Positions 16,715 to 26,732 of a stretch of 55,134 bases of DNA are shown one piece after another. The position numbers and the translations under genes are program-made. The DNA comes from an uncultured Gammaproteobacteria bacterium (GTDB lineage: Bacteria; Patescibacteriota; Microgenomatia; UBA8517). Below the pieces are notes generated by a model. It saw only the letters and a list, made by a program, of their open reading frames with translations. It made no database searches and was not told where the DNA came from. The stretch is from contig CAZYCE010000003.1 in NCBI GenBank assembly GCA_964645605.1, positions 1-55,134 on the forward strand, given 5' to 3'. Numbering within the stretch: the first letter of the stretch is position 1; every line of letters starts with the position of its first letter.

Positions 16715-17797
16715 ATGGCAAAGACAAAAAAACCCGAAATTGAGTCTCCCGTAAAACAAGAGGGAGGTGCTGCCAAACTTCAAGCAATCAGGCTCGCGAT
16801 GGATCAGATTGAAAAACAATACGGTAAAGGCTCAATTATGCGCCTCGGTGAGCGTACGCCTGAGCAGATGAAAATTGATGTTATTCCCACAGGTTCAATC
16901 GCTCTAGACTTGGCACTCGGTGTAGGAGGCCTTCCCAGAGGCCGTATAGTCGAGATCTACGGGCCTGAAGCCTCGGGAAAGACCACTCTAGCACTTTCGG
17001 TTATTGCAGAAGCCCAGAAGCGTGGTGGACAGTGTGCGTTTGTGGATGCAGAGCATGCTCTTGATCCTACTCGTGCAGAAATAATTGGAGTCAATTTAGA
17101 CGATCTTCTGCTTTCTCAGCCCGACACTGGTGAGCAGGCACTTGAGATTACGGAAACTTTAATACGCTCGGGAGCCCTAGACGTCGTTGTTGTTGACTCG
17201 GTTGCGGCCCTTGTGCCGCGAGCCGAGCTTGAGGGGGAAATGGGAGATGCTGTTATGGGGATGCAGGCTCGCCTTATGAGTCAGGCTCTGAGGAAGCTTA
17301 CGGGAGCAATTTCCAAAAGTAAAACAGTTCTCATCTTTACCAATCAGCTTAGGCAAAAAATTGGTGTTATGTTTGGCAACCCCGAGACCACCCCGGGAGG
17401 ACTGGCGCTTAAGTTTTATGCCTCGGTAAGGATTGACGTTCGAAGAATCGACATGATCAAAGAAGGCGAACAAGTGATCGGTGTCAGAACCAGGGCCAGG
17501 ATCGTCAAAAACAAAGTTGCGCCTCCTCTTAAGGTTGCAGAATTCGATATTATGAACGACGAGGGAATAAGCCGATCAGGAGGACTTTTGGACGTAGCGG
17601 CAGAGCTTGGAATAATCGGTAAAAGCGGATCATTTTTCAATTATGAAGGGAAACCTATTGCTCAGGGAAGAGAGGCCGCTAAAGCTTATATCAGAGAAAA
17701 TGAGAAATTTGCCGCCGAGGTTGAGAAGAAAATCAGAGATATGGCCGCTTCCGGTAAAAAACTTCCAAAAGAACTGGGAGAAGAAAAAGAAGAGTAA
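16715..17797 (+). CDS. recA: Recombinase A
   Basis: [33 protein letters not shown]; start set to ATG 16715. Confidence 0.98.
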   Translation: MAKTKKPEIESPVKQEGGAAKLQAIRLAMDQIEKQYGKGSIMRLGERTPEQMKIDVIPTGSIALDLALGVGGLPRGRIVEIYGPEASGKTTLALSVIAEAQKRGGQCAFVDAEHALDPTRAEIIGVNLDDLLLSQPDTGEQALEITETLIRSGALDVVVVDSVAALVPRAELEGEMGDAVMGMQARLMSQALRKLTGAISKSKTVLIFTNQLRQKIGVMFGNPETTPGGLALKFYASVRIDVRRIDMIKEGEQVIGVRTRARIVKNKVAPPLKVAEFDIMNDEGISRSGGLLDVAAELGIIGKSGSFFNYEGKPIAQGREAAKAYIRENEKFAAEVEKKIRDMAASGKKLPKELGEEKEE

Positions 17798-17806
17798 ACT
17801 AGGCTT

Positions 17807-18418
17807 ATGCCAACAGTTACTTTACTTAAGCCTCAAAAAAACGGCAAAAGGGTAAATGTTTACCTTGACGGAACTTTCGGTTTCGGAATCGACCTCGATA
17901 ATCTTGTCTTAAGTAATATTAAAATAGGCACGGAATTGACCAATGAGGAAGTCGAAAAAATAGTCAGAAAGGCTGAATTTCAAAAAACTTTAGATAAACT
18001 TCTTAAATTTGCAATGCTAAGACCAAGAAGTGAAAAAGAGATAGATGATTATTTGAGGCGAAAAAAGGTTCACGAAAGCCTTTGGCAGGATCTTTTTGAT
18101 AAATTAAGGCATTTTGAACTTTTGGACGATGTAAAATTTGCAAAGTGGTGGGTGGATCAGCGCCTTGCATTCAAAAAAATTTCTACAAAAGTTCTCAAAC
18201 TTGAACTCGGAAGAAAGGGGATTAAAAGGGACATTATTGAGGATATTTTGGAAGAAAAACCTATCAATGAAGAAAAGATGGCCAAAGAACTTTTGAAAAA
18301 ACGAGCCTATAAATGGGAAAGTTTAGATCCAAAGGTTGCCAAGCAGAAAAAATTCCAATTTTTGGCCGGAAAAGGATTCGGTTGGGAGATTGTTGAAAAG
18401 GTTCTTTCGGAGGAATAG
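17807..18418 (+). CDS. recX: Regulatory protein RecX
   Basis: RPRSEKEI, LLDDVKFAKWWV, LAGKGF; follows recA. Confidence 0.9.
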   Translation: MPTVTLLKPQKNGKRVNVYLDGTFGFGIDLDNLVLSNIKIGTELTNEEVEKIVRKAEFQKTLDKLLKFAMLRPRSEKEIDDYLRRKKVHESLWQDLFDKLRHFELLDDVKFAKWWVDQRLAFKKISTKVLKLELGRKGIKRDIIEDILEEKPINEEKMAKELLKKRAYKWESLDPKVAKQKKFQFLAGKGFGWEIVEKVLSEE

Positions 18419-18424
18419 TCCGGC

Positions 18425-18453
18425 TTGTCACACTTACGCCCTCGTGATAAAAT
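18425..18453 (+). promoter_or_regulatory. Predicted sigma70 promoter for rny
   Basis: TTGTCA-N17-TAAAAT with extended TG. Confidence 0.75.
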
Positions 18454-18554
18454 AAACAGCAGAGTCAAAGAATATGGTAAAAAGAACCCAAAATAAAGCT
18501 TCTTTCACCGTTGACCTTAAGTAAAGGTTGGTCTTCTTTGGCTTAAATATAAAT

Positions 18555-19718
18555 ATGAGTACAAGTGATGAATATGTAGACAAACTTGCAAAAGTTGCCA
18601 AAATGACTCCTGATGAGGCAAAGCGCGCCCTTCTTGATGAAGTCCAGAAAGATCTGACGGGTGAAATAGCCAAAAAGATCAGAGCGGCTGAAGAAAAAAT
18701 TAAAGAAGAAGCCCATGACAAGTCGGTCGAAATTTTACTCGATGCAATGAAGCATGGTGCAACAGCCTACACTGCCGAGTATACAGTTTCTTCTGTTACG
18801 GTTCCGAATGAAGATGTAAAAGGAAGAATCATAGGGGCAGGAGGAAGAAATATCAGAACTTTTGAAAAGGAGGCAGGTGTTGAGATAGAGATTGACGAGA
18901 CAAACGAGATTAGACTTTCTTCGTTTGATTCTATTAGGCGTGAAATAGCCCGCCGTGCCCTTGAAATTTTAATTAAGGATGCCAGAATCCAACCTTCAAG
19001 AATTGAGGAAGTAATACACCAGGTAAAAACCGAGATGGAAGACGTCCTTTTGGAAGAAGGAAAGAAAATTACGCATGAATGCGGAGTTTATAACCTTCCG
19101 GTTGAGCTTATGAGAATGATCGGAAGATTCAAATTCAGAACTTCATACGGACAAAATCTGGGAATTCATACAATCGAGGAAACCAGGATGGGGGTGGCTA
19201 TCGCTCAGGAAATTGGTGCAAATGCGGATGTAGTACGCTTGGGTTGTCTTCTTCACGACATTGGAAAAGTTATCACTAATGAAGAAGGGAACCACATTGA
19301 GCTTGGAGTAAATTTGCTTAAAAAATACAATATTCCGAAAGAAGTAATTGCTACAGTTGCCGAGCATCATGAAGACAAACCATTTTCTTCAAATGAAAGC
19401 GTAATTGTTTGGATGGCAGATGCAATAAGCGGGAGTAGGCCCGGGGCACGCTACGAACCGCACGAAGACTATGTTAAAAGAATGGTTGCGATCGAGGATA
19501 TCGTGAAAGGTTTTCCGGGAGTCGAGGTTGCGTATGCATTTCAGGCTGGACGCGATGTCAGAGTAATTGTTAATCCGGACGAGGTTGATGATGATAAACT
19601 GACTGTGTTGGCACATGATATTGCCAGAAAATTAGAAAAAGAAGCTGAATATGCGGGTCAAATCAAAGTATCGGTTATTAGGGAAGTCAGGGCTACAGAA
19701 ACAACCTCAGCCAAATAA
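18555..19718 (+). CDS. rny: Ribonuclease Y, N-terminally short
   Basis: KH domain KGRIIGAGGRNIR, FRTSYGQN, HD motif LLHDIGK, SGSRPGAR, FQAGRDVRV. Confidence 0.95.
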   Translation: MSTSDEYVDKLAKVAKMTPDEAKRALLDEVQKDLTGEIAKKIRAAEEKIKEEAHDKSVEILLDAMKHGATAYTAEYTVSSVTVPNEDVKGRIIGAGGRNIRTFEKEAGVEIEIDETNEIRLSSFDSIRREIARRALEILIKDARIQPSRIEEVIHQVKTEMEDVLLEEGKKITHECGVYNLPVELMRMIGRFKFRTSYGQNLGIHTIEETRMGVAIAQEIGANADVVRLGCLLHDIGKVITNEEGNHIELGVNLLKKYNIPKEVIATVAEHHEDKPFSSNESVIVWMADAISGSRPGARYEPHEDYVKRMVAIEDIVKGFPGVEVAYAFQAGRDVRVIVNPDEVDDDKLTVLAHDIARKLEKEAEYAGQIKVSVIREVRATETTSAK

Positions 19719-19742
19719 TGTTTAATCACAGAGTGCACTTGC

Positions 19743-19771
19743 TTGACTTTTCCAAAAATTTGCCGTATTCT
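19743..19771 (+). promoter_or_regulatory. Predicted sigma70 promoter for the HU gene
   Basis: TTGACT-N17-TATTCT. Confidence 0.65.
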
Positions 19772-19780
19772 TGAGACGAT

Positions 19781-20056
19781 ATGACAAAAGCAGAACTTCT
19801 CGACCAGGTAGCCAGAAAGGCACATTTGACCAAAAAAGCTGCAGAAGAAGCAGTAGATGTCTTTCTTGATGAAGTTGGTAGAGTTTTAAGCAAGGGAGAA
19901 AAAGTAGTTCTTTCGGGTTTTGGCACTTTTAGAGTTATTTCCATGAAAGGCAAGACTGTTAAGATTCCAAAAACTGAAAAAATGGTTTCTATAAAAACAC
20001 ACAGACTTCCCAGGTTTACTCCCGGCAAAAAACTTAAAAGACAAGTTAGTCGCTAA
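19781..20056 (+). CDS. hup: HU-family DNA-binding protein
   Basis: MTKAELL, VVLSGFGTF, PRFTPGKKLK. Confidence 0.92.
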   Translation: MTKAELLDQVARKAHLTKKAAEEAVDVFLDEVGRVLSKGEKVVLSGFGTFRVISMKGKTVKIPKTEKMVSIKTHRLPRFTPGKKLKRQVSR

Positions 20057-20070
20057 CGCCCAGGTACTGG

Positions 20071-20147
20071 TTTCTAAACACTAAATTCGGGTTTTTGTGT
20101 TCCTTTTTTGAATTTGTTTAGATTTTAGTAATTAGAATTTAGAGTTT
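20071..20147. repeat. 7-bp-periodic inverted-repeat element
   Basis: TCTAAAC-act-AAATTC pairs with GAATTT-GTTTAGA; right arm continues TTTTAGTAATTAGAATTTAGAG. Confidence 0.65.
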
Positions 20148-20161
20148 GCTATACTATGGCT

Positions 20162-21139
20162 ATGGATCGTGCCATAATTGTCGACGGTTTAGTCAAAAAT
20201 TTTGAGGTCGCAGAAAAAGAACCTGGTCTGGGTGGCGCTTTCAAATCTCTTATTTCTTCAAAGAAAAAAAACGTGCATGCCCTAAAAGGAATCTCTTTTG
20301 CGATTCAACCGGGAGAGCTTGTCGGTTTTATAGGCCCGAACGGTGCCGGCAAAACTACAACATTAAAGACTTTATCAGGACTTCTTTATCCAACTGCAGG
20401 TTTTGTGGAAGTTTTAGAATTTAATCCCTGGGATAGAAATCCTGAATTTTTGAAGTGCATCTCTCTTGTAATGGGACAAAAGAACCAGCTCTGGTGGGAT
20501 CTTCCGGCAATTGAAACTTTTGAGTTAAACCGGGCGATTTATGATATTCCGACACGCGTCTATAGCGAAAATCTCACTGAACTGGTAGAACTTCTTGATA
20601 TAGGAAAACTCTTAAATACCCCTGTCCGCAAACTTTCCTTAGGTCAGCGGATGAGAATGGAACTGACCGCGGCCCTTCTTCACAAACCAAAGGTTCTTTT
20701 CTTGGATGAGCCGACAATCGGACTCGACATTATTGCTCAGGCTAAAATCCGTGATTTTATTTATGACTATAACCGCAAATATGGCGCCACGATTCTTTTG
20801 ACATCTCACAATATGGATGATCTGACCAATTTAGCAAGACGGGTTATTATTATTAATGACGGTAAAATCCTTTATGACGGTGCATTTGAGGAATTAATAT
20901 CCGAATATGCAAAGGAAAAAATCATCAAAGCCAGACTTTCCAATGAAGATAATATTGCTGATCTTGAAAAAATTGGCAGTATCAAAAAACTATCGTTTCC
21001 TGAAGTGGTTATTTCCGTCCCAAGGTCGGCCGCAGCCGTTGCTGCATCCGAGCTTTTGCAAAACTTCCCGGTTGACGATTTGACAATCGAGGAAATTCCT
21101 ATAGAAGAAGTCATCAGAAAAGCGTTTAAAAGTGAGTAG
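20162..21139 (+). CDS. ABC transporter ATP-binding protein
   Basis: GPNGAGKTT, LSLGQRMR, LDEPT, SHNM; ATG 20162 lies 6 nt after TGcTATACT. Confidence 0.95.
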   Translation: MDRAIIVDGLVKNFEVAEKEPGLGGAFKSLISSKKKNVHALKGISFAIQPGELVGFIGPNGAGKTTTLKTLSGLLYPTAGFVEVLEFNPWDRNPEFLKCISLVMGQKNQLWWDLPAIETFELNRAIYDIPTRVYSENLTELVELLDIGKLLNTPVRKLSLGQRMRMELTAALLHKPKVLFLDEPTIGLDIIAQAKIRDFIYDYNRKYGATILLTSHNMDDLTNLARRVIIINDGKILYDGAFEELISEYAKEKIIKARLSNEDNIADLEKIGSIKKLSFPEVVISVPRSAAAVAASELLQNFPVDDLTIEEIPIEEVIRKAFKSE

Positions 21140-21144
21140 AAAAA

Positions 21145-21948
21145 ATGAGAACGTATTTGCAGATCTTCAAAATTTCTTTTGAGGAAGAGTTTGCTTACAG
21201 GTTAAATTTTATTCTTTGGCGATTCCGTAATGTTTTGCAAATCTTGTTAACATATTTTCTCTGGAGTACTGTTTACTCCGATCCGACTAGACAAATTTTT
21301 GGCTACGATAGGACAAAAATTCTGACCTATGTTTTTGGAATAATGATTGTCAAGGCTCTTGTTTTCTCTGCCCGGGCGATGGATGTAGGTACCGATGTCG
21401 CAAACGGGGATCTTTCAAATTATCTGATAAAGCCGATAAATTATTTCAAATATTGGTTTACGAGAGATGTGGCAAGCAAGGTCTTAAATTTGTCTTTTGC
21501 TGCCGCAGAGTTTGCCCTTCTTTTTATAATTTTGAAACCTCCGTTTTTTATCCAAACTGATTTGGTCTCGATTTTGGCATTTCTCTTTAGTGCCCTTTTG
21601 GCGATTCTAATTTATTTTCTGATTCTTTTTCTTATAAGTTCCATTCCTTTTTGGTTTCCGGAAGTGGGTTGGAGTTCCCAATTCCTGGTTTCCGTGGTTA
21701 TTGTTGAGGCTCTTTCGGGATCCCTTTTTCCGATAAATATTTTGCCCGCCACCCTGCAGTCGATAATACTGGCAACACCCTTTCCGTACCTTATCTACTT
21801 TCCGATTGAGGTTTATTTAGGAAACGTTACGGGCTGGGCCGTTGCCGGGGGACTCATGGTGGCTGCAGCATGGACCGGGATTTTGTGGGTAACACTTAAT
21901 GTTGTCTGGCAAAGTGGTTTAAAAGTTTATCAATCGTTCGGAAGATGA
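21145..21948 (+). CDS. ABC-2 family permease (DUF990-like)
   Basis: About 6 TM segments; GDLSNYLIKP; LPF..LIYFP pattern. Confidence 0.85.
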   Translation: MRTYLQIFKISFEEEFAYRLNFILWRFRNVLQILLTYFLWSTVYSDPTRQIFGYDRTKILTYVFGIMIVKALVFSARAMDVGTDVANGDLSNYLIKPINYFKYWFTRDVASKVLNLSFAAAEFALLFIILKPPFFIQTDLVSILAFLFSALLAILIYFLILFLISSIPFWFPEVGWSSQFLVSVVIVEALSGSLFPINILPATLQSIILATPFPYLIYFPIEVYLGNVTGWAVAGGLMVAAAWTGILWVTLNVVWQSGLKVYQSFGR

Positions 21949-22736
21949 TCAAAAAATTTAAAAAATATTTTAAAATTTGGTGGATGATGAGCGCAAATTC
22001 ATTTTCTGTAGTTTTGAGACAAAAGACTGCGCTTGCTATGTTTTTGATCGGGAAAATTTTACGGTTCACTTTCTTTTTTCTCTTTTTATATTTTCTGTTA
22101 AAAGGAACCGGAAGTTTGGCCGGTTACTCTGCCGACCAAATAATCTTTTTCTTTTTAACATTTAATCTCATTGATGTTTTTACGCAATTTCTATTCAGAG
22201 AAGTTTACAACTTCAGACCCATGGTGATAAAAGGAGACTTTGACTTGGTTTTGGTAAAGCCGATTAATTCTCTTTTCCGGGTGCTAATGGGAGGCGCGGA
22301 CATAATTGACCTTGTAACAATTCCACCTCTTATAGTTTTAACTATTGTTTACGGTATCAGCCTTCACCCGTCATTTTCCGGAGTTCTGGTCTACTTAATC
22401 TTAATTTTAAACAGTTTCCTGATTGCCACGGCATTTCATATCGCAATTCTTTCCTTCGCAATTGTTACCTTGGAAATTGACCATGCAGTTATGATTTATC
22501 GCGATGTAACAAATTTAGGGAAGCTTCCTGTAGATATCTATAAAGAACCATTAAGGGGGATCTTAACATATTTCATTCCCGTTGGGGTGATGATGACCCT
22601 TCCGGGAAAAGCAATAATGAGTTTGACCACCCCTTTAGGGATAGCAATATCAATTTCTATAGGTATTCTATCAATCTTCTTTGCATTGAAGTTTTGGAAT
22701 TTTGCCTTAACAAAGTATACTAGCGCCAGTAGCTAA
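21945..22736 (+). CDS. ABC-2 family permease (DUF990-like)
   Basis: GDFDLVLVKP, LPVDIY, YTSASS C-terminus. Confidence 0.85.
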   Translation: MIKKFKKYFKIWWMMSANSFSVVLRQKTALAMFLIGKILRFTFFFLFLYFLLKGTGSLAGYSADQIIFFFLTFNLIDVFTQFLFREVYNFRPMVIKGDFDLVLVKPINSLFRVLMGGADIIDLVTIPPLIVLTIVYGISLHPSFSGVLVYLILILNSFLIATAFHIAILSFAIVTLEIDHAVMIYRDVTNLGKLPVDIYKEPLRGILTYFIPVGVMMTLPGKAIMSLTTPLGIAISISIGILSIFFALKFWNFALTKYTSASS

Positions 22737-22739
22737 AAC

Positions 22740-23708
22740 ATGACTAAATTATTAGTAATTTGCGGACCAACCGCTACCGGCAAAACTTCGCTGGCTATAT
22801 CACTTGCCAGAAAATTCAACGGCGAAATTATATCTGCCGACTCAAGGCAAGTTTTTAAAGGTTTAAACATCGGAACAGGGAAGGACTTGCCAAAAGGCGC
22901 AAAGCCCAAATTCTTGTGGATTAAAAAGTTTGGGTATTATGATGTTAAAGGTATTAAGGTTTGGGGATATGATTTAGCTGATCCCAGACATAGTTTCAGT
23001 GTTTCGCAATATATAAGATTTGCCGAAAGGATGATTGCCGATGTCACTAAAAGAGGTAAATTGCCGATAATTGTTGGAGGAACAGGTCTTTATATAAAGG
23101 GCATTATCGATGGTATTCCGACCGCAGAGATTCCCAGAAATACTCATTTAAGAAAAAGCTTGGAAGAAAAGCCGGCCTCAGAGCTTTATGAATTGCTGGC
23201 TCAAATTGATTCGTTTAAGGCGGCATCCATGAATGCTTCCGATAGGAAAAACCCCAGGCGATTAATTAGGGCAATAGAAATCGCTACTTGGCATGTTGGT
23301 CACGAAAAAGTTGGTCATAAGGTAAAAGCACCAAGGGCTGATTGGGACGTTTTGCAAATAGGCCTCATGGCAGACTCGGCATATTTAAATGACAAGATTG
23401 AGCAGAGAGTTTCGGAAAGATTTAAAAAAAGGCTTGAAGATGAAATAGCGGGGCTTCTCAAGAATCATGTTGATTGGAAAATGCAATCAATGAGCTCGAT
23501 GGGTTACGGTGAGTGGCGAGACTTTTTTGAAGGGCGAAAATCTGAAAAGGAGGTAATGGATATTTGGATGATGGAGGAAAAGAAATACGTAAAACGCCAA
23601 ATGGTTTGGTTTAAGAAAGATAAACGAATTATATGGTTTGAAATTACCAGTCCGGATTATCCCGAAAATGTGGAAAAAATGGTTGAAAAATGGCATAATA
23701 TAGACTGA
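22740..23708 (+). CDS. miaA: tRNA dimethylallyltransferase
   Basis: GPTATGKT, ISADSRQ, GGTGLY, RRLIRAIE, YVKRQMVWF. Confidence 0.96.
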   Translation: MTKLLVICGPTATGKTSLAISLARKFNGEIISADSRQVFKGLNIGTGKDLPKGAKPKFLWIKKFGYYDVKGIKVWGYDLADPRHSFSVSQYIRFAERMIADVTKRGKLPIIVGGTGLYIKGIIDGIPTAEIPRNTHLRKSLEEKPASELYELLAQIDSFKAASMNASDRKNPRRLIRAIEIATWHVGHEKVGHKVKAPRADWDVLQIGLMADSAYLNDKIEQRVSERFKKRLEDEIAGLLKNHVDWKMQSMSSMGYGEWRDFFEGRKSEKEVMDIWMMEEKKYVKRQMVWFKKDKRIIWFEITSPDYPENVEKMVEKWHNID

Positions 23709-23741
23709 TACTGACGGTAAGTGGGTATTACGAATCAAACC

Positions 23742-24707
23742 ATGCCTAGAAAAATCGACATTTCTCACAAAACAATTATTTTTACAATCCTATTCCTCTT
23801 GGGACTTTGGCTTCTGTTTTACCTCCGTGTGATAATTATTGAACTCTTTATCGCTTTTCTTTTGATGACAATACTGGATCCTTTGGTCAATGTTTTTGAA
23901 AAAATCAAAATTAAAAGAGGCTGGGCAGTTTTAATTACATATGTTTTAGTAATTGCATTATTTGGTGGCGTTATTGCTTTGATTGTTCCCCCCTTGGTAC
24001 AACAGACAACAAATTTTATTAGTGCATTCCCCGGATACTTGTCAAATATAGGTATCGACACTTCCCAAATTGGTAATGCTGCCGGAGGTTTTGCAAATCA
24101 GATAGGTGGAGTTTTAAATTTTACTTTTTCTGTTTTTTCGAATGTCGTTTCCGTTATCACGGTTCTGGTATTTTCGTTTTATTTACTCCTAGGTTATTCG
24201 GGGTTAAGGGGGCAATTGACGAACTTACTTGGTGAGGAAAGAGGATCAAAAATAAGTAAGTTGATTGAGATTATTCAAGAAAAGCTCGGAAAATGGTCCA
24301 GAGGCGAACTACTTTTAATGCTTGCTGTGGCACTTGGGAACTACATCGGTTACTTATTGCTCAATATACCCTACGCGCTTCCCTTGGCACTTTTGACGGG
24401 AATTTTTGAAATAGTTCCGACTTTGGGACCGATTATTTCAGCAATTCCGGCAGTTCTTATTGGTTTTGGAATTTCTCCCTTAACCGGAGTTGGTGCCGCG
24501 GCGGTCGCTTTTTTGGTAAATCAATTGGAAAACTACATCTTGGTTCCTAAAATTATGCAGAAATCTGCAGGAGTGTCTCCTCTCATGGTACTTATTTCTA
24601 TTGCCATTGGTGCAAAACTTGCTGGGGTAACGGGGGTAATTATAGCAGTACCTTTTGTCGTTACACTTCAGGCGGTTATAAAAGAATATTGGGGAAAGGA
24701 AGAATAA
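23742..24707 (+). CDS. AI-2E family (UPF0118) transporter
   Basis: Multi-TM; EIVPTLGP, QLENYILVPKIM; start set to ATG 23742. Confidence 0.9.
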   Translation: MPRKIDISHKTIIFTILFLLGLWLLFYLRVIIIELFIAFLLMTILDPLVNVFEKIKIKRGWAVLITYVLVIALFGGVIALIVPPLVQQTTNFISAFPGYLSNIGIDTSQIGNAAGGFANQIGGVLNFTFSVFSNVVSVITVLVFSFYLLLGYSGLRGQLTNLLGEERGSKISKLIEIIQEKLGKWSRGELLLMLAVALGNYIGYLLLNIPYALPLALLTGIFEIVPTLGPIISAIPAVLIGFGISPLTGVGAAAVAFLVNQLENYILVPKIMQKSAGVSPLMVLISIAIGAKLAGVTGVIIAVPFVVTLQAVIKEYWGKEE

Positions 24708-24709
24708 AA

Positions 24710-24731
24710 ATACCCACCTTTCGGTGGGTAT
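24710..24731. terminator. Hairpin between convergent AI-2E gene and rnpB
   Basis: ATACCCACC-TTTC-GGTGGGTAT perfect 9-bp stem. Confidence 0.75.
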
Positions 24732-24737
24732 CTTCAT

Positions 24738-25154
24738 ACTCTGGAGATTAGTAAGCCAGGTTCTGTTTCTCGATGATCATCCATCTTTCGACGAGCTTTT
24801 AAAGCTCGCCAAACCGATAGGTTTTGCCGCCAAACGACAAGCCTTGCCTATCTGGTGCCCTCGAACCTCGTCCCGCCTCTTAGATTACTCTAAGATTTTT
24901 AAAAGCTTTTTTCGCCCGTAAAGGGGCGGGACTTTCGGAGGTTGCAGCGGATAAGGGTTGCCTCTTTTCACTCGTTTTGATTACACCTTTAGGGTGGAAC
25001 CAATCGACATAGTCTCTGTGGTCCTTTCTGGCCCGAGGAGTTAAGCTTTCGCCTACTCTACGGTCTCCGGCTTGCGCCGGATATCCTGCCTTCTGCTGCC
25101 TGGACTTTCCTCCAGGTACCTTACGATACCCGGCGATCATCCTTTCTCCAGAGT
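24738..25154 (-). ncRNA. rnpB: RNase P RNA (~417 nt)
   Basis: GAGGAAAGUCC (CR-I) and AGAACCUGGCUUA (CR-V); 10-bp P1 ACUCUGGAGA/UCUCCAGAGU; TGgTATACT 6 nt upstream of 5' end. Confidence 0.95.
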
Positions 25155-25192
25155 GCTTGAAGTATACCACTTATGAAGCCAATTTTCAGAAT

Positions 25193-25912
25193 TTATGAGA
25201 CTAAAGTTCCAATCTTTTCTCCTTGAAGAATTTTTTGAAGTTGTTCCAACTTACTGATGTTAAAGACGATGATAGGCATTTTGTGTTTCTGGCAAAGCGC
25301 AAAAGCTGTTGCATCCATTACCCCTAAGTGTTTTTCTAAGGCTTCCTGATAGTCAAGTTTTTGAAAGAGCTTTGCACTTGTGTTTTTCTTTGGGTCTCTG
25401 GAATAGATACCATCCACGGGGGAGGCCTTTAATATTACATCGCAATGAAGCTCAATTGCTCTTAGGGCTGCCCCCGAATCGGTTGTGAAGTAAGGATGTC
25501 CTGTTCCGGCGGTCAGAATTACAATTCTACCTTTTTCCAAATGTCGTATTGCGCGCCTTCTGATGTACGGCTCAGCTACACAGTTGATCTCAAAAGCAGT
25601 CATCATGCGGGTGGGAGCTCCTAACCGTTCGAGTGCCTCCTGTAGAGCCATGCCGTTGATTACAGTTGCCAGCATTCCCATATAGTCGGCAGTGGCCTGA
25701 TCGACGTTTACCGCCCGCTCTCTCCCTCTGAAGATATTTCCTCCGCCAACGACGATAGAAAGGTCGACTTTCGTTTTATTCCAGACCTTAATAAGTTGTG
25801 AGGCAATATGTTCATACGCAGCAAAATTTATCCCTTTGTTGTCTTTTTCTGCAAATAATTCTCCTGAAAGTTTTAGAAGAACCCTCCTATATTTGAGTTT
25901 GCCCTTATTCAC
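25193..25912 (-). CDS. pyrH: UMP kinase
   Basis: RVLLKLSGE, GGGNIFRG, PYFTTDSGAALRA, GVMDATA; GTG 25912 lies 7 nt after TGcTAAAAT. Confidence 0.96.
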   Translation of the reverse strand: MNKGKLKYRRVLLKLSGELFAEKDNKGINFAAYEHIASQLIKVWNKTKVDLSIVVGGGNIFRGRERAVNVDQATADYMGMLATVINGMALQEALERLGAPTRMMTAFEINCVAEPYIRRRAIRHLEKGRIVILTAGTGHPYFTTDSGAALRAIELHCDVILKASPVDGIYSRDPKKNTSAKLFQKLDYQEALEKHLGVMDATAFALCQKHKMPIIVFNISKLEQLQKILQGEKIGTLVS

Positions 25913-26050
25913 TTTTTGAATTTTAGCACAAATCAAATTATTTGGTTTACGAGATTTTACTTCAGCAAGAGGTCATAATCTGTGCTACAATACAATATCT
26001 GGCTTATATTTTGGCCGTTTTGGAAAACTTCTAATTTTAAGCCCGACAAT

Positions 26051-26434
26051 ATGAATAAGAGACTTTTTGTGGCTGGCCTTCCATTTTCAACCTCTGCGGA
26101 AGAACTTAGAGATCTTTTTGCACAAGTTGGTACTGTTGTGGCCTCAAATATCATCAAGGACCGGGAAACGGATCGTTCAAAAGGTTTTGGATTTGTAGAA
26201 ATGGAAACATCTGAGGAAGCATCCGCTGCCATCGCTAAATTTAGTGACTCCGATTTTGGCGGGCGGAAATTAATCGTTGCTGAAGCAAAACCCAAAGAAG
26301 AAAAACGCGACAGGTTTCAAGACGGAGGTTTTGGCAAAAGAGATAATTTTGGCAGGCGTGAAGGTGGGAGAGGAAATTTCGGCAGAAGCGGAAAAGGTGG
26401 CCACAGACCGGGAAGAGGGAGGTTTGCCAGATGA
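26051..26434 (+). CDS. RRM (RNP-1) RNA-binding protein with RG-rich tail
   Basis: LFVAGL (RNP2), RSKGFGFVEM (RNP1), GRKLIVAEAKP. Confidence 0.93.
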   Translation: MNKRLFVAGLPFSTSAEELRDLFAQVGTVVASNIIKDRETDRSKGFGFVEMETSEEASAAIAKFSDSDFGGRKLIVAEAKPKEEKRDRFQDGGFGKRDNFGRREGGRGNFGRSGKGGHRPGRGRFAR

Positions 26435-26667
26435 GCAAGTGCCCCAGGTGCGGAAAAGAAAGAATAGTTGTTTCTACACATAAAGAAACCATTTCACTAT
26501 CGGAAGTTGTCTATACGGAAACGGTGTGCCCCAATCCTGAATGTCAGAAAAAAGTTGTGAATGACATTAGAAACGATGAAAGAAAAAGGGCAATACTTAA
26601 AGATGAACAGGAAAAACGAGCGCTTCAGAGGTTAGCTGCGAAAAAAGTCTTAGATACTTCTATCTAA
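26431..26667 (+). CDS. Small hypothetical zinc-finger protein
   Basis: CPRC...CPNPEC then charged helix; ATGA overlap with RRM gene. Confidence 0.75.
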   Translation: MSKCPRCGKERIVVSTHKETISLSEVVYTETVCPNPECQKKVVNDIRNDERKRAILKDEQEKRALQRLAAKKVLDTSI

Positions 26668-26732
26668 AATTATAAACATCTTCATCTTTTAGATACTTCG
26701 AAATTGTATCATATTGATATTAATACATTTTT

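Noticed and set aside
18460-18545. 6S RNA upstream of rny
   Set aside because: About 85 nt and no large central bubble; retained only as a generic structured leader
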